Of a stretch of 64,000 nt of DNA, positions 56,628-64,000 are shown one piece after another. This DNA comes from a virus (Duplodnaviria > Heunggongvirae > Uroviricota > Caudoviricetes), in IMG/VR virus record IMGVR_UViG_3300020429_000539, positions 364,263 through 428,262 of that record; one strand, given 5' to 3'. The notes under the pieces were generated by a model. The model searched no databases. It worked only from the letters and a program-made list of their open reading frames with translations, and was not told the DNA's origin. The position numbers were made by a program, and so were the translations under genes. How positions within the stretch are numbered: the first letter of the stretch is position 1; every line of letters starts with the position of its first letter.

Positions 56628-57679
56628 CAATACAGATTATCCATCTACTACCTAATCGTTTTCCATATGGCGCATATGCCATGTTGGACGAGCTTTACTA
56701 TGCTTTGAATAAATACTATGGCGATGAGATAGAACAGAAGGTTATGTATCTCTATGGTCGTAGTGACCCAACGCCTGAGCATTTTAAGATACCTGCTGAG
56801 CATACGGATATTAAGTTCTTACGCAGAACAATCGTCAAAGAACATACCAATCCGGTCGTTTTCTATCATAAGTTGTCTGCTACAGATTGTAAAGATGTTT
56901 CAAAGACGCTGCACAAGAAGGCCCCCTTTGCAATCATCAATCATACAGCATCAAATACATTCAAGGGCATTGCTCCATGCGATACTCTTGTGTGCGTATC
57001 GAAGCAGATGTATAAGGCCGCTCGTAAGCGGCTTCCTTCTTACAAGCTGGCAAAGATTCGGAATGGTGTTAATGCTTGTCGCTATGAAGATATACAGCCG
57101 TATAAGCCAGGTCAGGTTAGGGATTATTTTGCAACTGGCAGATTGAACAACTTCAATAACTGTAAGCATCCTAGAGACTGGATTACCTATGTCAAAACGG
57201 TCAACCTAGCTAAACCGTTGTGGCATGACTACATCGGTAACGGCGCTCATTTTAAGCATGCGCAGAACTATGCATCAAAGCGGTTTAGGCGACCGACACA
57301 GAACGTTGTGAATCTTCCAGGTAGAATCGATGATTTTGAGCGTAAGATTAGCTACATCAAGCGCTGGGATGCCTTCTTGTATGAGATACCAGGAACCGAA
57401 GGTACGAGCATGGCTCTGCTCGAAGCTCTAGCTTGTGGAGTGCCGGCAATCATCAACAATAGGTATGGCAACAAGGAAATCATTACTTCTGGCGTCAATG
57501 GCTTTGTCTATGATGACCGTCGAGAAGCTATGCGAATTATGAATGATTTGATTCGTCGTCCTGACAGGCTTGACGATCTAAAGCGCAGCACGAAGCGAAA
57601 CTTCTTGGAAAATTTGGATGCAAAACACATGGCTGCAAATTACTATGAGTTAGCGAAGGGACTAGCTAAGGGTGGCTGA
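56624..57679 (+). CDS. Glycosyltransferase family 4 (GT-B)
   Basis: IRNGVN, EGTSMALLEALACGVPAI, EII..GVNGF. Confidence 0.85.
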   Translation: MTIQIIHLLPNRFPYGAYAMLDELYYALNKYYGDEIEQKVMYLYGRSDPTPEHFKIPAEHTDIKFLRRTIVKEHTNPVVFYHKLSATDCKDVSKTLHKKAPFAIINHTASNTFKGIAPCDTLVCVSKQMYKAARKRLPSYKLAKIRNGVNACRYEDIQPYKPGQVRDYFATGRLNNFNNCKHPRDWITYVKTVNLAKPLWHDYIGNGAHFKHAQNYASKRFRRPTQNVVNLPGRIDDFERKISYIKRWDAFLYEIPGTEGTSMALLEALACGVPAIINNRYGNKEIITSGVNGFVYDDRREAMRIMNDLIRRPDRLDDLKRSTKRNFLENLDAKHMAANYYELAKGLAKGG

Positions 57680-58463
57680 AAAGTTTTCCATATTGACGAC
57701 ATCATATAACCACACTCCATGGCTTAGGGAGTGGGCCGACGCTTTGCTATGTCAGTCATACTCTGATATTGAGGTTGTCTTTGTGGATGATGCATCAAAG
57801 CTTGATGATTACAAGACTGCCCACTCTTTCGAACCAGAATTCAAGGCCAAAGGTATCGACCTCAAGATCAAGCGGCTTAATAAGAACGTAGGATGCGCAA
57901 CGGCCTACCTGCATGCTTTAAGAATGGCAACCGGAGACTATTTTGGCGTAGTTGACGCGGATGATGTTCTTCTTCCTCATGCGGTAGATGATATCATGCG
58001 TCTTTATGTCATGCACCCCCATATTGGTTGGATTTACACGCAGTTTAGTTGGTGTAACAGAAATCTAAGTAAATGTAGAACAGGATTTTGTCAAGCTCCC
58101 CCAAAGGGTAAGAATATGCTTACGGCTGAGTTGGGTATTGTGCGTCATTGTTACTCGCATTGGAGGACGTTTTCTAGGCGAGTTCCTGATTTAGAATCAA
58201 TCTTGTGTAAAGGAAGAAAGGTTTCTGTTGACAAATATATGGGTTATCGACTCGAAGAACTCTCTAGGGGCATGTTCTATGACAAAATTTGTTACCAGTA
58301 TCGAGGAGACCTCAAGCAGGGCGTAACCAAGCAATATAACTCGCTGCAAGCTTGGAAAGATGTTCGAGCCGACGCCATGGGCCGACGACGAAGGCTGAAG
58401 ATACGAAAGGTTTACCCTATTCAGAGGCATAAGCCGTTGCCATCGCAGAAAGGTTTGAAATGA
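57672..58463 (+). CDS. Glycosyltransferase family 2
   Basis: SILTTSYN, VDDAS, VDADD; paralog of 59143..59889 (HCYSHWRTF, VDKY.G..LEE). Confidence 0.85.
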   Translation: MAEKFSILTTSYNHTPWLREWADALLCQSYSDIEVVFVDDASKLDDYKTAHSFEPEFKAKGIDLKIKRLNKNVGCATAYLHALRMATGDYFGVVDADDVLLPHAVDDIMRLYVMHPHIGWIYTQFSWCNRNLSKCRTGFCQAPPKGKNMLTAELGIVRHCYSHWRTFSRRVPDLESILCKGRKVSVDKYMGYRLEELSRGMFYDKICYQYRGDLKQGVTKQYNSLQAWKDVRADAMGRRRRLKIRKVYPIQRHKPLPSQKGLK

Positions 58464-59140
58464 AACACGTATCGCTACCAGATTTTCTTGATATCATTGA
58501 ATATGATTTTGATACCGAGACTTTGAAAGACTACAAAGCTATTGGCGATAAGACTGCTATTCGAGAAATGAAGGGCAAGAAATATCGGCGCAACTATGAG
58601 CGAGGTATTTTAATGTCAGCGCTTGCGGTCAAGTTTGAGCGAAAGCGTCTATTGGAAATAGGAACCGGACGCGGCTATGTAGCAGCTTGTGTAGAGCAAA
58701 TGTCCGACGTTGATCATATTGCCACAGTTGACCGCTCTTCGTCAGAAGATGCTCGAAAGCTTATCAAGCAATGCGGTATTGATACTTCAAATATTGAGTT
58801 TATCAAGGGCAATGCTAATAAGATGAAACCTTCAGATTTCGCAGGTCGTTTTGATTTCTTCTTTATTGATGGCCAGCATGATGGACCTTCGGTCCAAGCA
58901 AACTACGCTCTATGTCAAGCCCTCGCTGAACCCAAGTCGATTGTTGTGTTTGATGATTACCGAAATAAGTTTTCATCTATCAAGAAAGTGATAGACAAAA
59001 TGAGGCTTAGAAACGCCTATCTTGTTCATACGGATGGTTGGTACATCGAAAATGTTTGCATCAAACAGGCTAAAGATGCCGATTATGTTAAGAATGGCCG
59101 AGAACACGGTTCGGGCATGGTTGTGTGTTTTGAGGACTGA
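58460..59140 (+). CDS. Class I SAM-dependent methyltransferase (Methyltransf_24-like, probably glycan-modifying)
   Basis: LEIGTGRG, FDFFFIDGQH, IVVFDDY. Confidence 0.85.
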   Translation: MKHVSLPDFLDIIEYDFDTETLKDYKAIGDKTAIREMKGKKYRRNYERGILMSALAVKFERKRLLEIGTGRGYVAACVEQMSDVDHIATVDRSSSEDARKLIKQCGIDTSNIEFIKGNANKMKPSDFAGRFDFFFIDGQHDGPSVQANYALCQALAEPKSIVVFDDYRNKFSSIKKVIDKMRLRNAYLVHTDGWYIENVCIKQAKDADYVKNGREHGSGMVVCFED

Positions 59141-59142
59141 GC

Positions 59143-59889
59143 TTGAAAGTTTCTGTACTAACAACTTGCGCCAATTACGATACTCTTATTGGACAGGCTA
59201 TCCATAGTGTTGCGCAACAGAACTATGATGGCGAAATTGAGATGATTGTCGTAGATGATTGCAGCCAGGACCGCTCGTGGAAGAAGCTACTAAAATATGA
59301 GAAGAAAAACGATTTTCTAACTATTCATAGAAATCCGAAGCGACTATATTGCTCATCGGCATACGGAGAAGCCCTAAAAAGGGCAACAGGCGATATTTGC
59401 TGTATATTAGATGGTGATGATGCCTTGTTGCCTCATTCTATTTCCGAGCTTGTGCGTATATATCAAGAGAATCCTGATGTTCTTTTTATCTATACCCAGC
59501 ATTATTCTTGCGATCCGGAACTTGGCCGTAGAAAGCGAGGAATAAGCAGGATGCCCCATATCAATGAGAGTTTACTTGATTCTTTTCTGAAGGGGAGGGC
59601 TCATTGCTATTCTCATTGGCGAACCTTTAGGACTATTGCCAGAGACAAAGGAGAGCTATTCAAGCCTGGTCTAAAATATGGCGTAGACAAATATCTCGGC
59701 TTCAAACTAGAAGAAATTGGAAAGGGTGGATTCTATGATGTACCGCTTTATCTTTATCGCAAGCATAAGCAAAATATGACGCATACCTCTGGAGGAAGGC
59801 AAAGACCTACGATTATCAGGCAAGCCAAAGCTATCCATGCCAATAGGAAAGCAAATAATATACTGCCAAAAGGAATCAAACAACTATGA
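59143..59889 (+). CDS. Glycosyltransferase family 2
   Basis: VSVLTTCAN, VDDCSQD, LDGDD, HCYSHWRTF. Confidence 0.85.
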   Translation: MKVSVLTTCANYDTLIGQAIHSVAQQNYDGEIEMIVVDDCSQDRSWKKLLKYEKKNDFLTIHRNPKRLYCSSAYGEALKRATGDICCILDGDDALLPHSISELVRIYQENPDVLFIYTQHYSCDPELGRRKRGISRMPHINESLLDSFLKGRAHCYSHWRTFRTIARDKGELFKPGLKYGVDKYLGFKLEEIGKGGFYDVPLYLYRKHKQNMTHTSGGRQRPTIIRQAKAIHANRKANNILPKGIKQL

Positions 59890-60905
59890 GCGTTTCGCTA
59901 CAAAAAAGTCATCCTATACAGGGGCTTGTAGGTCTAAAGCCTAATGGACAGGTTGTAGATATTTACAACATTTACTGCATTCGCAAGAATGCAACAGGTA
60001 TTCGTTATCAGCCTAATTACAATCTACTTCCTAGGACTCGTCGCCAACCAATTAAATACTTCACAATGTATTCAACACCCAAGATGTATAAGTGTGATTT
60101 TGCAAAGCAGAACTCAGATTTCTGGTGCCATCCATTCCGTAGCGATGTCAAAAGCAAATATCTTCCAAAAAAGATGCGTCAGTTTTTGATGTCTGAGTCG
60201 GATTTTATCGACGAAACTATTATTCCTGTTAACAAACGCAACATCAAACGACCTAAGAAATACGATTTCTTCTACATGACGCTCAACAACAAAAAAGGTT
60301 TCACTTACAAAGGCCTCAATGAGTTTGTGGATGCTGTCAAGGTTCTTTGTCTTGAGCAAGGATTACGTGGTCAAGTTCTGCCATATTTTCCAAATAAGAT
60401 TGAGCATTGGCAGGTTGATTTTACGCAAGAACAGCGGCAGATTCTTAAAGAAGCAGACCCTTTCTTGAAGTACCATTGGGGTTGGAAGACTTCTGCTTTC
60501 TTGAACCGCATGATGAGCGGATGCCATTTCGGTTTCTTCCCGAACGTCATGGACTGTAGTCCTCGCATCATAACCGAATGTTTGTCTCGCGATGTTCCTA
60601 TTCTTGTAAACAAGAACATTTGGGGTGGGTGGAAATATGTAGAAGAAACAACAGGCCGAGAGTTTGACCCTCAAGACCCCCAAACTTTGAGGGAGGCTTC
60701 AGATTTCATTGTCAATAATCAGCGAACATTCTCGCCGAAGGCGACATATATGTCTCGTTACGGGTTCGAAAAGTCATCTCGTCGCTTGGCAAAATACATC
60801 AATCGCGATATCAAGAACACAGGATGCACGCATATCTATTTTAGTGGATATCGTGTTATCCTGGAACGTTTGCATCAGTCAATCCTGCGAGGCGAGCATC
60901 TGTGA
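59886..60905 (+). CDS. GT-B-like glycosyltransferase, paralog of the C-domain of 22880..24691
   Basis: WCHPFR, SESDF, DCSPRIITE, VPILVNKNIWGGWKY. Confidence 0.65.
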   Translation: MSVSLQKSHPIQGLVGLKPNGQVVDIYNIYCIRKNATGIRYQPNYNLLPRTRRQPIKYFTMYSTPKMYKCDFAKQNSDFWCHPFRSDVKSKYLPKKMRQFLMSESDFIDETIIPVNKRNIKRPKKYDFFYMTLNNKKGFTYKGLNEFVDAVKVLCLEQGLRGQVLPYFPNKIEHWQVDFTQEQRQILKEADPFLKYHWGWKTSAFLNRMMSGCHFGFFPNVMDCSPRIITECLSRDVPILVNKNIWGGWKYVEETTGREFDPQDPQTLREASDFIVNNQRTFSPKATYMSRYGFEKSSRRLAKYINRDIKNTGCTHIYFSGYRVILERLHQSILRGEHL

Positions 60906-61672
60906 TTAGTGTAGTAGTTCCTTTATATAACTATGCCCACTATATAGAAGCCAACATTAGGAGCGTTCTTTCTCAGACGCATACCGATTGGGAGTTGGTC
61001 ATCGTGGATGATGCGAGCAAAGATGACCCTGCTCGTGTAGTTATGCCATACGTTAGCAATCATGAGAATATCTATTTCTATCAGTTGCAAAAGAATAAAG
61101 GCTATTCTCACGCGAAGAACTATGCGATAGAGCGAGCAAGGGGCGATTACATTACGACTATTGATGCTGATGATCTCTTAACTCCTGATTCCCTTAAAAA
61201 CCGCTTAGCTGCACTGGAAGCCAATCCTCATGCCGACTGGGTTCATGGCCGTGCGATGGTCTTCTCAGATAACCCAAAGAATGCTAAACCTGAAAAGATG
61301 CTCTACAAGAGATGGCGAGATGTATCGGCGAAGGGCCAACGAGACATGATGTATAAGGCTATTCATGCTCAGACAGTTATGGTCCGCCGAAGGTTCTATG
61401 AAAACTTTGGGTTGTATGATGAAAAAATGCGGTTCTCTGCTGACCGAGAGATGTGGTTGAGGGCCATAAATCAAAATAGTATACCAGTTTATGCCGATGG
61501 TTATATATGCTTTTATAGGACACACAAGAAGCAAATGCATCGCTCAAAGTACAAGGCGGAGAACTTGGCAAAGATACAAAAATACGCCAAGAAGATATCA
61601 GCTATTAGAGCGAATGGAATCAACGAATCAAATACTAGGATGCTGAAGCATGAGGATAATCGACCCAAATGA
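60902..61672 (+). CDS. Glycosyltransferase family 2
   Basis: ISVVVPLYN, VDDASKD, IDADD, DREMWLR. Confidence 0.9.
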   Translation: MISVVVPLYNYAHYIEANIRSVLSQTHTDWELVIVDDASKDDPARVVMPYVSNHENIYFYQLQKNKGYSHAKNYAIERARGDYITTIDADDLLTPDSLKNRLAALEANPHADWVHGRAMVFSDNPKNAKPEKMLYKRWRDVSAKGQRDMMYKAIHAQTVMVRRRFYENFGLYDEKMRFSADREMWLRAINQNSIPVYADGYICFYRTHKKQMHRSKYKAENLAKIQKYAKKISAIRANGINESNTRMLKHEDNRPK

Positions 61673-62360
61673 GTTTCGTTCATGTAAAAGTAGCGATACC
61701 ATCTACATCCTAGGTTCTGGTTCTTCAATCAATGCCATCTCTCCGAGTCAGTGGGACGCTATTGGGTCTGCTGACTCGATTGCTTTTAACTGGTTCTGTA
61801 AACACGATTCTTTCGAGCCTCGCTTCTACATTGTTCGAGAGCAGGCTAACATACCCAAGCGGATATCAAGAGATGAAACGCCTGAGATACTTTTCAAGCG
61901 GCTTAACCGTTACAGCGAATGTTGCTTTATTGTTCATGATGTCTCAAATCATTCGCCTCATGCCTACCCCTATAATGCAAATCTAGACAGAATTGAAGGC
62001 AAGGGGGTCGTCGTCCATGACAGACAGAAAGGTTCTTTTGAAGATGATATCTTTAAGCAAGGAGTGTATCATGGAGCAATAACGCTTAACAACGTACTGC
62101 ATATTGTTCAGTATCTTGGATATAAGAAGGTCGTGTTTGCGGGTATAGATTTGAACAACTCAAAATACTTCTGGCTAGATGATTCTCCTCGTCATACTAT
62201 TGTGAAGAAGGGAATAAAGGTCTTGGACCGGCATCCTGTAAGCAAGAAGACAATAGAGGCTGTACGAAAGTTTGATGAGCGCAATCCGTCGATAAAGGTG
62301 GTAAGCGCAAGCAAGAGTTCTTTACTGAATAAAGTGATTCCCTATGAGCAAATACGTTGA
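61650..62360 (+). CDS. Maf/GT42 sialyltransferase-like protein, paralog 4
   Basis: IYILGSGSSI, IAFNWF, LGYKKVVFAGID, KYFW. Confidence 0.6.
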   Translation: MRIIDPNEFRSCKSSDTIYILGSGSSINAISPSQWDAIGSADSIAFNWFCKHDSFEPRFYIVREQANIPKRISRDETPEILFKRLNRYSECCFIVHDVSNHSPHAYPYNANLDRIEGKGVVVHDRQKGSFEDDIFKQGVYHGAITLNNVLHIVQYLGYKKVVFAGIDLNNSKYFWLDDSPRHTIVKKGIKVLDRHPVSKKTIEAVRKFDERNPSIKVVSASKSSLLNKVIPYEQIR

Positions 62361-62976
62361 GTTTGAAGCATTTATCATAACAAACGGACGCAAAACCTTT
62401 GACACGGCATTGCAATGTTTGCATAACCAAAGTTTGCCGCTCAAAGTTACGCAACTTGAGAACATGGTGTGGCATGAAGCGCTTAATCTCATCAATAAGC
62501 AGGTAGAGTCGCCTTTTTATTTTCGTGTAGATGATGATTTCTTCTTGCATCCTCGTGCCGTGGAGTATATGGCAAAGCAGATGGCTCGTTGCAATCATAG
62601 CAAGACAGCAGCCTATATCTGTCATCTTTATGAACCTGCCGAGCGGATGCCGGTGCGAGGCATTAAGCTTTACAACACTAAGATTGCTAGAGAGGTTGGC
62701 TTTCGACCTAATGAGCTTGGTAAGATTGATAAAAACTTTCGCAAAGACATAACTCGTAGGGGTTATAAGTTTGCCATGGATAAGAGTGTTGTAGGTATCC
62801 ATGCTAACTCTGACCTCGAAGACGAAAAGAAGTATCGAGACCTCTGGAAGAGTATCGCACCAAAGCATAACCGTAAACTTGTAGTGGGTGACGAACCTAT
62901 TTCAGAGCAGTACGAAATGCTGAAGACTATGCTACCAAAACTGAATAAAAGAACAGGATTTAGGAAGTACGTATGA
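62344..62976 (+). CDS. GT-A fold glycosyltransferase-like protein
   Basis: ALQCLHNQ, FRVDDDFFLHP; context. Confidence 0.6.
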   Translation: MSKYVEFEAFIITNGRKTFDTALQCLHNQSLPLKVTQLENMVWHEALNLINKQVESPFYFRVDDDFFLHPRAVEYMAKQMARCNHSKTAAYICHLYEPAERMPVRGIKLYNTKIAREVGFRPNELGKIDKNFRKDITRRGYKFAMDKSVVGIHANSDLEDEKKYRDLWKSIAPKHNRKLVVGDEPISEQYEMLKTMLPKLNKRTGFRKYV

Positions 62977-63884
62977 GAGTATGGATTGATAACAAGAGGG
63001 GCAAGCTGCGAGGCGCAAGTATTTTCATGACGCAGCTTGAAAAGGGGCTAACTGACCTTGGTTGTACGATTACGAATCGCAGACCCAATATCGCTCTTTG
63101 CCCTGTTTATGGAAAAAACCCTCATCAGTGTAAGACCGTATATCGCATTGACGGCATGTATTACGATACCGAACGCGATAAAATGAACAAGGGTATCAAG
63201 AAGAACATTCAGTTTGGTGATGGAATTGTGTTCCAAAGTAACTTCTCGAAAGAGATGTGTACTCGCATGCTCAAGTGTCAGGCAAGGCAGAGTGCGGTCA
63301 TAGCAAACGGTATGGACCAATCGGTATTTGCGGGCATGAAGAAGGACTATAGCGGCGAGTTGGTGTTTGTCTCGGCGGCTCATTGGCGACCGAATAAGCG
63401 ACCAGGCACTATTGCTCATGCTTTTCTGGAATCAGGACTGGATAATGCTCGCCTCGTGTTTATTGGCGATGTTGAGCCTCGCAAGCAAGTCAAGCATGCC
63501 AAAATACAGTATGCAGGAACAAAGAATCGTAAGGACATCATTGAGCTTTACAAGCAGGCTCATTATATGATTCATATATGCCACATAGATTCCTGCCCTA
63601 ACTCGGTCGTTGAAGGACTGAGTGCTGGCTTGCCTGTCGTTTGCAATAACATCGGTGGCACGCCAGAACTAGTGGGTTCGAGCGGTATTATCGCGAATAT
63701 CGAGCCCAAGTTTGACTTCCGATTTTTGCGAAATATGAAGCAGATACCAAAAGTCAATAGGGCCGAACTCGCAAAACAGATACGCGAACTTACGAATATC
63801 AAAGAACCTGTTCGTCGTCCTGACCTTGATATCTCTCATACAGCGAAACAATACAAGGCTTTCTTTGAAAGGGTTCTTGCGTGA
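62973..63884 (+). CDS. Glycosyltransferase family 4 (GT-B)
   Basis: VIANG, WRPNKR, DSCPNSVVEGLSAGLPVV...GGTPEL. Confidence 0.88.
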   Translation: MRVWIDNKRGKLRGASIFMTQLEKGLTDLGCTITNRRPNIALCPVYGKNPHQCKTVYRIDGMYYDTERDKMNKGIKKNIQFGDGIVFQSNFSKEMCTRMLKCQARQSAVIANGMDQSVFAGMKKDYSGELVFVSAAHWRPNKRPGTIAHAFLESGLDNARLVFIGDVEPRKQVKHAKIQYAGTKNRKDIIELYKQAHYMIHICHIDSCPNSVVEGLSAGLPVVCNNIGGTPELVGSSGIIANIEPKFDFRFLRNMKQIPKVNRAELAKQIRELTNIKEPVRRPDLDISHTAKQYKAFFERVLA

Positions 63885-64000
63885 AGGTTTTAGCGGTCAT
63901 TGATAAAAAGCACAGAGTTCAGCATGCTCGCATCAATGTACTGCAAAATATGACGGGTATTGATTTCTTGTTGCAGACAGTCAAAGGCGACCGCAAACAG
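63881..64000 (+). CDS. 3' partial ORF continuing the glycosylation island
   Basis: GTG 63881 overlaps the upstream TGA; reads MKVLAVIDKKHRVQHARI... and stays open to the window edge. Confidence 0.5.
   Translation, partial: MKVLAVIDKKHRVQHARINVLQNMTGIDFLLQTVKGDRKQ

Noticed and set aside
62197-62868. 223-aa minus-strand ORF
   Set aside because: Antisense to two coupled + strand glycosylation genes; no recognisable motif.
1-64000. tRNA, rRNA, integrase, transposase or reverse transcriptase genes
   Set aside because: None recognised by eye; almost all intergenic gaps are too short, and the two longest show no cloverleaf.
52317-64000. Cellular capsule or LPS locus
   Set aside because: No transport, polymerase or membrane proteins, and it is contiguous with phage-type SSB, split replisome genes and giant virion proteins. 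No capsid or terminase is in this window, so phage origin remains an inference.

Overview
A gene-dense 64 kb segment with every credible gene on the + strand and standard code 11. It reads as part of a huge (jumbo) dsDNA bacteriophage genome, not a cellular chromosome. Layout: (1) 1-15.5 kb, three very large acidic virion-type proteins with beta-propellers, a GH56 hyaluronidase-like domain, and FN3, LamG, Kelch, vWA and Ig-like domains. (2) 15.5-25 kb, glycosyltransferases, a Myb-HTH metallophosphoesterase and an SF2 helicase. (3) 24.7-52 kb, a bacterial-type replication/recombination module: DnaC-like loader, DnaB, primase in two distant genes, DnaE in two genes with no intein, SSB, RecA, Cas4-like nuclease, Gam-like protein and UvrD, plus five orphan DNA methyltransferases, IF-3, an AAA+ ATPase and SpoVS. 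(4) 52-64 kb, a glycosylation island with NeuA, NeuB and a HAD phosphatase (KDN-type nonulosonate pathway), four Maf/DUF115-like transferases and many GT2/GT4 genes. Best leads: the intein-free DnaE split inside the palm, a likely phage-encoded sialylation system, a clamp-binding-like D[LI]F motif shared by DnaE and four methyltransferases, six CACTG repeats in the ssb leader, and a CGATA element just upstream of several start codons. All family calls come from motif recognition by eye; no database searches were run.
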